From assembly GCA_010909165.1 (NCBI GenBank), contig VJWM01000151.1, forward strand, positions 496,001-560,000: a DNA stretch of 64,000 bases, in the 5' to 3' direction. Shown here piece after piece: positions 19,896 to 31,390 of the stretch (positions are counted from its first letter, which is position 1; each line of letters opens with the position of its first letter). Origin of the DNA: Anthoceros angustus. Taxonomy: Eukaryota; Plantae; Anthocerotophyta. The translations under genes were made by a program, and so were the position numbers. The notes beneath the pieces are model-generated. The model was given only the letters and a program-made list of their open reading frames with translations, ran no database searches and was not told where the DNA came from.

Positions 19896-22472
19896 ATGGG
19901 TCGATCGCTTCAAACCCGGACCCTTCGTTTGTTCGAGCGTAGGCCCTGCCCGTTAGGCGTTCTGAAGTCACCTTGTGACAAATCCGAGAACGAAGAAGCA
20001 GATTCACAGGTAGGCACATGGTCCAGATGTGAGGAAGGACAAGTTAGTGAGACTATTGAAGCACTGGATCTGCTGGTACAACAAGGGGTTTTTGTTCCCC
20101 TGTGTCTCTTTTATCAAGTTCTGGTAAGGGAAAAGAATCTGGTGGGTGGGAGGCACATCCATGGCCTTGTTTGGAAAAGCGGATATGGGTCAAATGTATA
20201 CCTAGGCAACCACCTCATCCGCATGTATTCTTCTCACGGGAAATGGCAGGAAGCATCGCAGGTGTTCAGTTCAATGGCTGTCCCGGACAAGTATTCATGG
20301 TCATCTGTCATTCTGGCACATGCCGAACATGGAGAACCTGAGCGGGCAATCAAATTGTACTCGGAGATGCGACAGTCAGTGGTCCCGGACAATCATATTA
20401 TCGCCGCGGTCCTGAAAGCATGTGCGAAGGCCGAAGATCTGATGTCAGGAATGCAGGTGCATGCTGACTTTGTGAAGAGTGCAGCTGAGCCAGACGTGTT
20501 TGTTGGGAACTGTCTTGTGGACATGTATGCAAAATGTGGTAGCTTGGATGATGCTCGGGAAGTTTTTGACAATCTAACAGCAAAGAACGTGGTTACATGG
20601 AATATCATGCTTGCTGGATACGCTCGGCAGGGTCTCGGACAGGAAGCCTTGACTCTCTATGCACACATGCAGGATGAGGGCATCCTGCAAGTTAGTCATG
20701 CCACATTTGTCTGCCTCCTCAAAGCGTGTGGCAGTATTGGAGCCCTACACCACGGGAAGCAACTTCACTCTCAGATTCAACAGAAAGGACTGGAATCAGA
20801 TCTGGTTATTGGGAGCTGCCTGGTGGACATGTATGTGAAATGCATGAGCTTAGAGGATGCCCGTAGTGTTTTTGATAGATTGCCTGCAAGAGATGTAGTG
20901 ACGTGGACTACCATGCTTGCAGGATACGCTCAACGAGGCCTTGGTGAGGAAGCTCTGAACCTTTATGCCTGTATGCAAGAGGAAGGCATGGCTCCAGCAG
21001 ATCTTGTTACTTTTGTGTGCTTGCTTAATGCATGTGCCCGCATTGGAGCCCTACATCAAGGGAAGCAGCTCCATTCCCAGATTCGAGATAGAGGATTGAC
21101 ATGTAATCTCGTGATTGGTAACTGTCTCGTGGACATGTATGCTAAATGCGGGAGCATGGATGATGCTCGGAGGGTTTTTGACAATATGACCAGAAGAGAC
21201 GTGGTGACATGGAATGCAATGCTCACAGGGTATGTTCAGCATGGGCTGGGGCACGAAGCTCTTTCTCTTTATGCAAGTATGCAGCAGGAGGAAGTCACTA
21301 AAGCTAATCGCGTTACGTTTCTGTGCCTCCTTCAAGCGTGTGGCATTACTGGCGCACTACAACCAGGGAAGGAACTCCATTCGCAGATTCAAGAAAGTGG
21401 AATGATATCTGATCTGGTCATTGGCAACTGCTTAGTGGACATGTATGCAAAATGTGGGAGCTTAGATGATGCCCGCAGAGTATTCGATAAGCTGGCTACT
21501 AAAAGTGTAGTCACGTGGAATGCCATGCTCACCGGATATGTCGAACATGGGCTCGGTGAAGAAGCTTTGAGTCTTTATGCAAGTATGCAAGAGGAAGGCA
21601 TCACTGCAGCAGATAGTGTTACATTTATCTGCCTGCTAAATGCATGTGCAGGTGCAGGAGCTTTGCATTTGGGAAAGAAGCTTCATTCCCAGATCCAAAG
21701 AGGAGGACTGGAAGTTGATGTTGTGATAGGCAGCTGCTTGGTGGACATGTATGCAAAATGTGGAAGCCTTGATGATGCCCGGACGGTGTTTGAGAATTTG
21801 GGGACAAGAAATGAAGTCACATGGACCGCAATGATTGCAGCATATGGTCAGCACGGGCTCGGGGATGAGGCCCTGCACTGCTATGAGGGAATGCGGGTGG
21901 CAGGCATCAAGCCAAGTGCAGTCACATTTCTCGCAGTTCTCTTTTCATGCAGCCATGCTGGCCTGGTGGACAGAGGTGCTGAGTACTTTGAATCCATGAC
22001 CAGAGACTATGGCATTACTCCCAGCGCCGAGCACTATGCAAAAATGATTGACCTGTTCGGACGTGCAGGATGCTTCTCGAAGGTAAAAGAGCTGCTGTCA
22101 ACCATGCCAATGCAGCCTGATCTGGGAATGTGGTTGATCCTGTTGGGTGCCTGTCGGAAGCATGGCAATGTTGTGCTAGGAGAACAGGCATTTTCTTCTG
22201 CAGTGCAACTACAGCCAGAACATTCTGCTGCCTATGTTTTGATGTCGCAGATCTATGCTGATGCGGGCTTGACCCACAATGCGAAGAAAGTTCACAGATG
22301 GAGGGTGATGAACGGTGCTTGGAAGGAGCCTGGCTCAAGCTGGATAGAGCATCAGCACGTAACGCACACGTTTCTGGTAGGAGACCAGAAACACCCGGAG
22401 CATGATCAACTTTACGACCTTCTTCAAAAGCTGACCATGGAGCTGAAGAAGGCGGGACTGATGTCACAATAG
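19896..22472 (+). CDS. Intronless PLS-class pentatricopeptide repeat protein with E1/E2/E+ extension (organellar RNA-editing specificity factor)
   Basis: Repeated LVDMYAKCGS..DAR.VFD...VVTWNAM.GY triplets, then E-domain WLILLGACRKHGN..AYVLMSQIYA and PG box WKEPGSSWIE. First ATG is at 19896. Confidence 0.92.
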   Translation: MGRSLQTRTLRLFERRPCPLGVLKSPCDKSENEEADSQVGTWSRCEEGQVSETIEALDLLVQQGVFVPLCLFYQVLVREKNLVGGRHIHGLVWKSGYGSNVYLGNHLIRMYSSHGKWQEASQVFSSMAVPDKYSWSSVILAHAEHGEPERAIKLYSEMRQSVVPDNHIIAAVLKACAKAEDLMSGMQVHADFVKSAAEPDVFVGNCLVDMYAKCGSLDDAREVFDNLTAKNVVTWNIMLAGYARQGLGQEALTLYAHMQDEGILQVSHATFVCLLKACGSIGALHHGKQLHSQIQQKGLESDLVIGSCLVDMYVKCMSLEDARSVFDRLPARDVVTWTTMLAGYAQRGLGEEALNLYACMQEEGMAPADLVTFVCLLNACARIGALHQGKQLHSQIRDRGLTCNLVIGNCLVDMYAKCGSMDDARRVFDNMTRRDVVTWNAMLTGYVQHGLGHEALSLYASMQQEEVTKANRVTFLCLLQACGITGALQPGKELHSQIQESGMISDLVIGNCLVDMYAKCGSLDDARRVFDKLATKSVVTWNAMLTGYVEHGLGEEALSLYASMQEEGITAADSVTFICLLNACAGAGALHLGKKLHSQIQRGGLEVDVVIGSCLVDMYAKCGSLDDARTVFENLGTRNEVTWTAMIAAYGQHGLGDEALHCYEGMRVAGIKPSAVTFLAVLFSCSHAGLVDRGAEYFESMTRDYGITPSAEHYAKMIDLFGRAGCFSKVKELLSTMPMQPDLGMWLILLGACRKHGNVVLGEQAFSSAVQLQPEHSAAYVLMSQIYADAGLTHNAKKVHRWRVMNGAWKEPGSSWIEHQHVTHTFLVGDQKHPEHDQLYDLLQKLTMELKKAGLMSQ

Positions 22473-24921
22473 AATTATGAGTCACGGGTATGAACACAGC
22501 TAAGGAGCCGCTCTTGGGTTCACATTTGGAGACGCTGGCATGTGGTCGTCTGGACAGGACGAGTTTCTACAGTTTCCGTGACAGCAATTGTCTTCCTGTT
22601 GTCAGGATTTCGCTGGGGTGGGTCTTCCAGGGGAGGCTAGCGGTCAAGCCTGAGACTCGTTAACGGTCCATTCCCTCCATGTCCAGACTTCAGCCCTCAT
22701 GCTGGCATGCGGGAGGATTGGGTGTCGCATGAATGAGGAAATTCTCGGTCGGCCCCATCATGATCGAAGACCCTTGTCGAACCGGATGCTGCAGGCTTGA
22801 CATTCACGGGAAACCGGAAGCTGCAGGTCAGAGGTAAGAATATGTAAGGAGATACACACATCGAGACAATGCCGCATTTAACCCGGACGAACTTCAAAGA
22901 CCGGCCAGCCGATAACGCACATTTTGCGGCCCCAACGTAAAGTAGAGCACAATCTGGAAAGTAAGCCCAAAAGGACGTACATTTATTACAGAAGTAGCTC
23001 GGCCAGGCTTTTAGTCTGGCCTCTGGGACCCTGCCATCCTAGATCCACCATAGCTCAGTTTCGACTTTGTTCTAGCTGCCTGACTATTGGCTTGTACATG
23101 CATATCAGGTTTTCTTATCGTATTAACTACCTTTACAATTGCGATATATTTCCATCTTGGTTTGCTGTTGCTTATGGCTTCCTCCTCCTTACTGCGAGTG
23201 CGGCCGTCCTCGATGACTGCAGTGCGTCCTCGATGACTGCAGTGTACACCTCGTTCGTTGTCCCATGGTGCTCATCAGATTGCCACCCACAATGCCATCC
23301 GTCATATCTTGTTTATCATAGCTTGTGGAAGTGGTTACATGGCCTAGAGGGAGCGGGGTTGCACTCTTCGTACCGGTCACTCGTAGGGCTGACTTGTATA
23401 TTGTCCATGGCGACCAAGTTTCGGTGGTGAACGTAGTAGTTGCTGAACTTGCGTGCGACATTATCTCTACTCATGTCATCACTAGCGCTGGTTAGGCACG
23501 AGTAGCGGCTCTCAAGGTCGGAAGCATGGCAATGTTGTGCTAGGAGAACAGGCATTTTCTTCTGCAGTGCAACTACAGCCAGAACATTCTGCTGCCTATG
23601 TTTTGATGTCGCAGATCTATGCTGATGCGGGCTTGACCCACAATGCGAAGAAAGTTCACAGATGGAGGGTGATGAACGGTGCTTGGAAGGAGCCTGGCTC
23701 AAGCTGGATAGAGCATCAGCACGTAACGCACACGTTTCTGGTAGGAGACCAGAAACACCCGGAGCATGATCAACTTTACGACCTTCTTCAAAAGCTGACC
23801 ATGGAGCTGAAGAAGGCGGGACTGATGTCACAATAGAATTATGAGTCACGGGTATGAACACAGCTAAGGAGCCGCTCTTGGGTTCACATTTGGAGACGCT
23901 GGCATGTGGTCGTCTGGACAGGACGAGTTTCTACAGTTTCCGTGACAGCAATTGTCTTCCTGTTGTCAGGATTTCGCTGGGGTGGGTCTTCCAGGGAGGC
24001 TAGCGGTCAAGCCTGAGACTCGTTAACGGTCCATTCCTCCATGTCCAGACTTCAGCCCTCATGCTGGCATGCAGGAGGATTGGGTGTCGCATGAATGAGG
24101 AAATTCTCGGTCAGCCCCATCATGATCGAAGACCCTTGTCGAACCGGATGCTGCAGGCTTGACATTCACGGGAAACCGGAAGCTGCAGGTCAGAGGTAAG
24201 AATATGTAAGGAGATACACACATCGAGACAATGCCGCATTTAACCCGGACGAACTTCAAAGACCGGCCAGCCGATAACGCACATTTTTGCGGCCCCAACG
24301 TAAAGTAGAGCACAATCTGGAAAGTAAGCCCAAAAGGACGTACATTTATTACAGAAGTAGCTCGGCCAGGCTTTTTAGTCTGGCCTCTGGGACCCTGCCA
24401 TCCTAGATCCACCATAGCTCAGTTTCGACTTTGTTCTAGCTGCCTGACTATTGGCTTGTACATGCATATCAGGTTTTCTTATCGTATTAACTACCTTTAC
24501 AATTGCGATATATTTCCATCTTGGTTTGCTGTTGCTTATGGCTTCCTCCCTCCTTACCTGCGAGTGCGGCTTCGTCCTCGATGACTGCAGTGCGTCCTCG
24601 ATGACTGCAGTGCGTCCTCGATGACTGCAGTGTACACCTCGTTCGTTGTCCCATGGTGCTCATCAGATTGCCACCCACAATGCCATCCGTCATATCTTGT
24701 TTATCATAGCTTGTGGAAGTGGTTACATGGCCTAGAGGGAGCGGGGTTGCACTCTTCGTACTGGTCACTCGTAGGGCTGACTTGTATATTGTCCATGGCG
24801 ACCAAGTTTCGGTGGTGAACGTAGTAGTTGCTGAACTTGCGTGCGACATTATCTCTACTCATGTCATCACTAGCCGCCTGGGTTAGGCTGTTACCGGAGT
24901 AGCGGCTCTCAAGGTCAGGAA
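22153..24921 (+). repeat. ~1.36-kb tandem segmental duplication (units start 22153 and 23517) including the PPR E domain
   Basis: The sequence from GTCGGAAGCATGGCAATG onward repeats almost identically. The copies differ by small indels and by 2 versus 3 copies of a 20-bp CCTCGATGACTGCAGTGCGT unit. Confidence 0.95.
23517..23836 (+). pseudogene. Duplicated PPR E/E+ fragment
   Basis: ORF 23537-23836 matches the last ~99 aa of the PPR protein. Confidence 0.9.
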
Positions 24922-25047
24922 GTACAGTAGGATGCAAGTGGGCCACCTCTTTATTCTGCTAGCACTTAAAGCGTATGGGGCGATGGCCGAGGACTTAAAT
25001 TTCTGAAGTCCAGCCAGCGCCAAAGCGTACTCTGCTCACAGGCACGA

Positions 25048-25335
25048 TGTGGAGTTGTCTCTTTCCTACTTCACAGCACACTTCATACAGCGAGTCTCAA
25101 TTGCTCTTGAAAGGGCCATATGGACGACGATTCTTCACAAGGCGACGAGCGCAGGTGACGCTTCTTCCTCTTCCTCCATGGTTTGCAAGCCGTTTGTTCT
25201 TCTTGCATATGATATCGTAGGAGCAGTAGGTGACTATAGGTAGTCGCTCCCTTTCATCTTGACCTTTGGGGTCCTCCTTGGTTTGTCCCTTGATGGATGG
25301 GCTTTTCCCATCATTTTTTCCCTTAATAAAATATA
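25048..25335 (+). mobile_element. 3' fragment of a non-LTR retroelement (CRE/RLE-type-like); related copies at ~28135-28335 (-), ~31780-31905 (+) and ~32055-32260 (-)
   Basis: Encodes HFIQRVSIALERA, like the QRxSxAxQR C-terminal motif. The shared 3' UTR (..GGATGGGCTTTTCCCATC..) ends in an A-rich AATAAAA tail; the four copies were aligned by eye. Confidence 0.55.
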
Positions 25336-26280
25336 AGGGCTTTTTCTTTTTACAATATGTGTTAATCCGCCTATATAATAGATTTATATGATGTTACAAT
25401 AGATCTTTATGATGTTACAATAGATTTATATTATGTTACGATGTTATGAAAACACAGAGGAATCCTTGCTGAAGATTCGTCCCCTGGGTTTATTTTGATT
25501 TATTTTCAAAAATAGATTTATATGCTGGTCAGCATGGATCTTTGGCAAGAAGTATAGATGATGCAAAGGATTGTTGATACAGAAGTGAATTGTGATATGG
25601 AAAATGAATTTAAAATTATGTTCATATCCTCCTCACTAGAGTTCATCAATGTTGGTTGCATTAATGATGTGGGGCCCATCGTTTACCCAACAAGATTGCA
25701 CTAAGGAGAAGACCAAGATAGTTGCCAACTGTCAATGCCGTTGATGCCAAGGCGGGCTTACGTCCTTGAGTGTGCAATGAAGAAGAGCCAAAGACTTGTG
25801 GCTGCTGCATTATGCTTCACAAACACGCCGAACCACTTCAAAGCATCCAATGTCATGGAGGCTCCCGTATCAGGAAGGCCTTCAACATGAAGAAATGTGG
25901 AAGCCAGGCCCGGTACCATGCGGAGCACGGACTACACCAGGTGGAGCCAGCGAAGAAAAGGCCAGGTACTACACATGTAAGGAGCTTCTTCCATGTTCTA
26001 TGTATAGTGTGATGGCGGGCCATTTTCCATTTCCACCTCATTCTATAGCCGGATGCGAACACATGTGAATCTACCTTAAATCGTAGAGGCTACAAACACC
26101 AATACCATCTAGGGGCAAAATGGAAGGTAAAGAAATGTAAGTACAAGGAAATATAAATATAAAAAATATAAATAAAAACAAATATAAATAGAAGGGAAAA
26201 CAATCTATCCAACCGAAATCCAAAATCCATAATTGGAAGATATTATAAATAATTTGATATTTACTTAGTGATATTAGCTT

Positions 26281-26668
26281 CAGGGTGTCATTTTGACCCC
26301 GTCCCAAGCTCAGTCCGGTCGGCATGTGTTAAAAAACCATGGGACCGGAGGTTCTTCAGTCCGGTCCCCACCCTCGGTCCCAGAAAGATAGGGGCCGAGG
26401 GTTCATAAAATCCGGTTTAAAATTAATAAATTATTTAATTTTATATCCAAGGATTTATATTTATTATAAATACATGGACCCATCTTATAATTGATATGGT
26501 CATAAAGAATTTTACTAGATATTTTTTTTTTTATATTATTATTTATAAATTATTTATTTAATATTTATTATATTTAGTGACCAAGGGTTTAGCCATCCTA
26601 CTCGGTCCGAAAGGCGTATGACTAAGCGGTCCGGGGGTGAGCTAGTACTCGGTCAAAATGACACCCTG
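26281..26668. mobile_element. hAT-type MITE
   Basis: 18-bp TIR CAGGGTGTCATTTTGACC...GGTCAAAATGACACCCTG, with 8-bp target-site duplication ATTAGCTT at 26273-26280 and 26669-26676. Confidence 0.92.
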
Positions 26669-27779
26669 ATTAGCTTCATAATTGGGAAACCTTTTCAATA
26701 TATATTTGGCTTAGAGGTCAAGAAGTTAGTTCAATATACATTTGGTTGGACATAAGGACGTCACATGAGGAGTTTGGAAATAAAATGGATCAAAGTCACA
26801 AAAATTACAAAAGTAGGCCAGACTAAACGCCTATTACCTGAACGCCGACTGACAACGAGAGCGGTGAAAAGATCTAAGTCAACCATCGAAGAAGTTGACT
26901 CAAACGCCAAATGTTGGATTTATCTCCAAACGTTCCAAAGTGAAGAAGAAGATGTAACTAAAATTATGCAAAACAATAATAAGGAGTTTGGAAATCAAAC
27001 GATGCAAGACAATGGTGAGGAGTTAGGAAATAAAATGTTCCAAAAAAAAAAAAAGATAAAAGTAAAAAGATTACAAAAGTTGGATGGACTAAACGGTAAC
27101 TAGTTGAATGTGAACCAACAATTAGGAGGCTGAAAAAATCTGAGTTAACCACTGAAGAAGTTGACTCTGATGCTAAGTGTTTGACTTACCACCAAGCAAG
27201 AACGTGGAGGTCTACAAAAGAGAACAAAAAACGATCAACTTTGATTGATTTTCGTAGAACGATTAGGAGAAAGATATTAGTACCTTCAATAGAGGAGGAT
27301 GGACAAAAACTTTTTCCAGTTTCTAAGAACAATTTACGGGTTCAAAATCTCTACCAATTTTTAAAAAATAATATCAAGAAAATAAATAAATAATTAAATT
27401 TTATTAGATAATATAGATGGAGCAAAACTCAAAGAATCAGACATCTTGCTTGGATGACTAAAAAGGGAACAAAAGAGAATTGAATTTGATTGCTTTCAAA
27501 CAAAATAGGGAGACGTAAAATTAAGAATTCCTATTGATGACAAAAACAAGCTTAGAAACAATACCGGAAACAGTTTGGTATGGTTGCATGAGTCGGAAAA
27601 CGACCAAACCCGTTTGCACAAGGTCTTCATCGCCACATACTACTTAGAATTCCCCTTGCTTAGTAAAAAGCAATATGGCATCTTGTCCATCCAGGTCTTT
27701 ACGATTCATATTCAAAGTTCGATTGATCTCACTTATCGACCTTGTTTACCACCATACACCATGCAGATACACTTCCATT

Positions 27780-27895
27780 ATGTCTACAATCTCATTGGAA
27801 AGGGCTCAAGCCGATTGACATGGCCACGAGCGGAGGAGATGGTAACAGATGCCTTCACCAAGGCGTTCGAAGGTGCAAAGTTCCGCAGACAAACT
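27780..27895 (+). pseudogene. Possible Ty1/copia RNase H C-terminal remnant
   Basis: EEMVTDAFTKAFEGAKF resembles the ..M.AD.FTKAL...KF motif. Confidence 0.4.
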
Positions 27896-28389
27896 TGCAC
27901 TTTTTGTAAAATAGATTTTTTTTTGAACCTTTTTTAGTGTAATAGGTTATTATAAATAAATAAATAATATTAAAAATACATTGATAAACATATTCAAGTA
28001 AATGACGTGATTAAAGAATAACCTAATCCTAAAAGTCAAGGCCAGCACCATCAGCTTGGATAAATGCCATCCACCTATTAGCTCCCGCCGACTGAGGGTA
28101 GAAGAAATTTAATTCAATAAAAATCTTTTATCAAATGATGAAAAAAGCCCATCCACCACGCGAAAACCAAAGAGGACCCAACGTGAATGAAAGTGACTAA
28201 ACTCTCTACCTAGAGTCACGTAGTCCTCCCACAATGTGATAAAGAGGAAGAACAAATGACCAGCAAACCATGGAGAAGAGGAAGAAGCATCACCTGCGCT
28301 CGCCGCCTTGCTATGGAACTTGCCGAATAGAGTGATCCGGCGACCTTCCGCACTACATCACGCCGGGAATCATAGTCCCGGATAACCTC

Positions 28390-28611
28390 ATGGCTGTGGG
28401 ACGATTCACTATCAAAGCGTGTCTGTTCAAGCTTAAAGAGTTCAGGGTTGATAAGATCTCTTTCATATGGTATGGGTTTTGCACAGACCATGACATTCCT
28501 CTCAACGTATTTGTGGGCAGCGGCCTGGCGGACATGCATGCACAATGTGCTGAACTAAAAGATGCACGCCAGGTTTTTGAAAGCCTGACCACGAAGGATG
28601 TGGTGACGTGA
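28390..28611 (+). pseudogene. PPR fragment
   Basis: NVFVGSGLADMHAQCAELKDARQVFESLTTKDVVT is a degenerate PLS motif. Confidence 0.7.
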
Positions 28612-28810
28612 AAGTGTGATATGGGTGACCACAAAGGATGGGAACACATGAAACTGTTACCTGGGTATGAGCCATTGGACGGCAAGGGCTCGACCAAGCG
28701 CCTCTCTTGTCCTGTGTAGACAGGATCAAGGATGCTGACACAGAAGTACAATCCTCGAATCACCCACCATCACGTCCCAAATACATACTCCAACATTCCA
28801 CAAAGTTTGT

Positions 28811-30541
28811 TTATAACTCGTCTTTGAGCTCTTGGGCAACTTCCCGATCTTCAAACCGGCAGACTCGGGCTTGAGGAAACACCAGTCCAGGACGACAGAA
28901 GTAACCAGCACGGGGATGACAATGCTCGTCCTTCTCGCACACGCACAGCCCTTCCAAAGCACAAAACGGCTTCAACTGGTTGAGCTCCGTGCCCCCAATC
29001 CCCAACACGGCATCGGACCACGGACTCGAGAAAACCCCGCCCGGATCCAGCATTTTCCTAACGCCCACAAACCTCTCCAGCCTCTCCCCGAACTTCCCCG
29101 CCGCGCCCTGGAACGAGACGAGGCGATTCGACTTCCCCCAGTGATGCTTCCCCCGGTACTTCACCAGCGCCAGCTGCTCCACCTCCTGCAGCACGTCCAT
29201 GTCCAGCAACGGCGTCCGATCATCCGCCGCGCGGGGGTACAGCATCGTCACAGTCACGGCATCCTCTGTCTCCCCCAGCAAAGCCTCCGACCCGCCCTTG
29301 ATGTACCGGAAGTAGATGGCCAGGTAGAGCTCCAACACACAGAAGGCCTCCCCCCTGAGGTCCCGCAATTTCTCCACGTCCTTCACCAAGTTTGAGATCC
29401 TCGACACCGGCACGGCAGCCGAGCTCTCGAAAATCCGCACGGAAGGCTCGTGGAAGAAGCAGATGTGGTCTGTCCCGGGATCCGGGTGCACGCACCCGCC
29501 CCCGGTCTGGATGTTAGGGCTGTGGCCCACGATGGGCTCGCCATAGCCAGCAGGCCCCAGATTCTTTCTCGCCTGGTCACAGAGGAGAGTGCGGTTGCCT
29601 GTCGCCAGCGCGAAATTCAGCAACGCCGGCCCGGCCTGCCACACCTCCGGGGGAGCCCCCTCCAGCACGGGTTCTTTGTAGGCTGCCTCGCCCGGGGTGT
29701 CGGGAGGGACGACGTCCTCGTGCCGGAACACGGCCTGCCGCTGCCCCGGGTACCAGCGGATGTCCCCGAACTGGCTATGGTGGGGGTGGGAGACCACGCG
29801 TTGTGCTATGTCTTCGTCTCCCGCGCGCTCGAACACCAGCCTGCGCTTGGAGGCGGCCTCCACACGGAGCGTGATCCGGGAGATGGCGCCCAGCACGCCG
29901 AGCGAGAGCCGGCCTGCGGCCAGCGCGTCTCCGTCTTGGACATCCAGCACCTTCGCGTATCCTTCCTCTGCCGATGCCGGGACGACGAGGCGGAGGGAGA
30001 GGACGTGGTCGTGGAGGGGGCTGGAGTCGAGGGAGGAACCGTGGGCGCCGGTGGAGATGGCCCCCACAACCGACAGGGCCGACCATGCCGGGACGTTGGG
30101 GAGGCCGAATCCCGCTTCCGCCAGGCCGTCCAGGAGCTGCGAGATCTGGAGCCCGGCTCCCAGGGTCACCGTCTGCGAGACCGGGTCGATGGTGAAGGAG
30201 GCGTCGTAGTGGGCTGTGGAGATGAGGGCTCCCTCGGGGCTGCCCGGGCAGACCAGCTTCGGGGTGCTGTGGAATGCGCCGCTAACCTTCACCTTGGTGC
30301 CATGGCGGACTGCGTCCGCCACCGCCTGCACCAGCTCCTGCTCGGTTTTGGGGTACAGTGCCTTGGCGAAGGTGCAGTCCGTTCTGTCTGCCCATGGCGA
30401 CATCCAAGTGGAGACGCTGCAGCTGCCAGCATTTGGGGATTCCGGCGCGTCGGGATGGCAGGTGATTTGGGTTCTCAAGCCCCATCCTGGCTGCCAGTAT
30501 TGGAGGAGGAGCAGGAATAACAATGCCCACCACGCAGACAT
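28811..30541 (-). CDS. GULLO: L-gulonolactone oxidase-like FAD oxidase (plant GULLO family), intronless, intact, ending KDEL
   Basis: ATG at 30541 gives MSAWWALLFLLLLQYWQPGWG (signal peptide), then HSTPKLVCPG, GAISTGAHGSS, AGRLSLGVLGAIS, HWGKSNR, LDPGGVFSSPWSD, ...ELKDEL*. Confidence 0.92.
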   Translation of the reverse strand: MSAWWALLFLLLLQYWQPGWGLRTQITCHPDAPESPNAGSCSVSTWMSPWADRTDCTFAKALYPKTEQELVQAVADAVRHGTKVKVSGAFHSTPKLVCPGSPEGALISTAHYDASFTIDPVSQTVTLGAGLQISQLLDGLAEAGFGLPNVPAWSALSVVGAISTGAHGSSLDSSPLHDHVLSLRLVVPASAEEGYAKVLDVQDGDALAAGRLSLGVLGAISRITLRVEAASKRRLVFERAGDEDIAQRVVSHPHHSQFGDIRWYPGQRQAVFRHEDVVPPDTPGEAAYKEPVLEGAPPEVWQAGPALLNFALATGNRTLLCDQARKNLGPAGYGEPIVGHSPNIQTGGGCVHPDPGTDHICFFHEPSVRIFESSAAVPVSRISNLVKDVEKLRDLRGEAFCVLELYLAIYFRYIKGGSEALLGETEDAVTVTMLYPRAADDRTPLLDMDVLQEVEQLALVKYRGKHHWGKSNRLVSFQGAAGKFGERLERFVGVRKMLDPGGVFSSPWSDAVLGIGGTELNQLKPFCALEGLCVCEKDEHCHPRAGYFCRPGLVFPQARVCRFEDREVAQELKDEL

Positions 30542-30829
30542 CCTGGTGAGCCTGCCTTGTCCTCTCCCGATCGAGGGGAAGTGGAGTCTGAAGCTGTTCG
30601 CATTTCTAGCCTGGGACTGTCTTTGCATTGGGTACTTTTTGTGACAGGTCGGCAGCGCTGGTCTCCAAGGAGAGCATCCAGCGCACGCCAGCAAGCGATT
30701 GTTTATTCCGAGATAAGTCTAGGACAATAATTCTGCTGTGCGCGAAAATTACATCGCCGGTGCATCAATGGCTGTAACCCGATTTCCACACTGGGTAAGG
30801 TCATGGGGTTCAGCCTGGAAGGTGATGAG

Positions 30830-31390
30830 GGCCGAACCTTGTGGAAGCTTCCGGCAGGTAGGTGACACCTGTTGTTTAAGGGCTGGATGGACTGTTCAAG
30901 AGGAGAAAGAACGCCTGGGAGCTTTACAACGCAAAAGATGCTACAACCCAGTACTTGGTGTGAGATGAGGATGAAGAAGATGGAGCACAACCAGTTGTTC
31001 CTGATGAGGCCATGGGGGCCCATACAACACATGCAATGTTTGGGAGCTGGATAGACTGTTGCAGAGGAGATTTACATCAGAGAGAGAGAGAACGTCTGGC
31101 ACCTCTAGAACGTAAAAGATGCTACAACCCTGTCCATGATGTGAGATGAGGATGAAGAAGAAGGAACACGAGTAGTCGAGACACACAGTGTCTTAAGTTC
31201 TTCTTCACCACTACCGTGGTGGGGGCCGGGCTGGGCCAGCTCCACATCACCCTGCTCAAGTACAGGAACGCACTGGCCCAGCAGCAGCCTCCAAATATGC
31301 GAGCTGAATCCCATTCGGAATCTTGACTGTCTAGAGAAAGAAGGCGAGTAAGCATGAGCCTAGCTTTGCGATGAGCAAAGAAACGGCAGT
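30830..31390 (+). repeat. Dispersed duplicated exon-like fragments, homologous to ~34240-34650; partly duplicated internally
   Basis: Shared blocks such as GTGGAAGCTT..CAGGTAGGT, GAAAGAACGCCTGG..CAACGCAA..GATGCTACAACCC, CTGGGCC..AAGTACAGGAAC and GAATCTTGACTGTCTA.AGAAAGAA. Confidence 0.75.

Noticed and set aside
26765-27400. Lys-rich ORFs with a duplicated GAAGAAGTTGACTC block
   Set aside because: AT-rich degenerate sequence, possibly TE-derived, with no diagnostic motif.
29450-30520. 356-aa ORF antisense to the second GULLO gene
   Set aside because: Codon-bias shadow of the real minus-strand gene.
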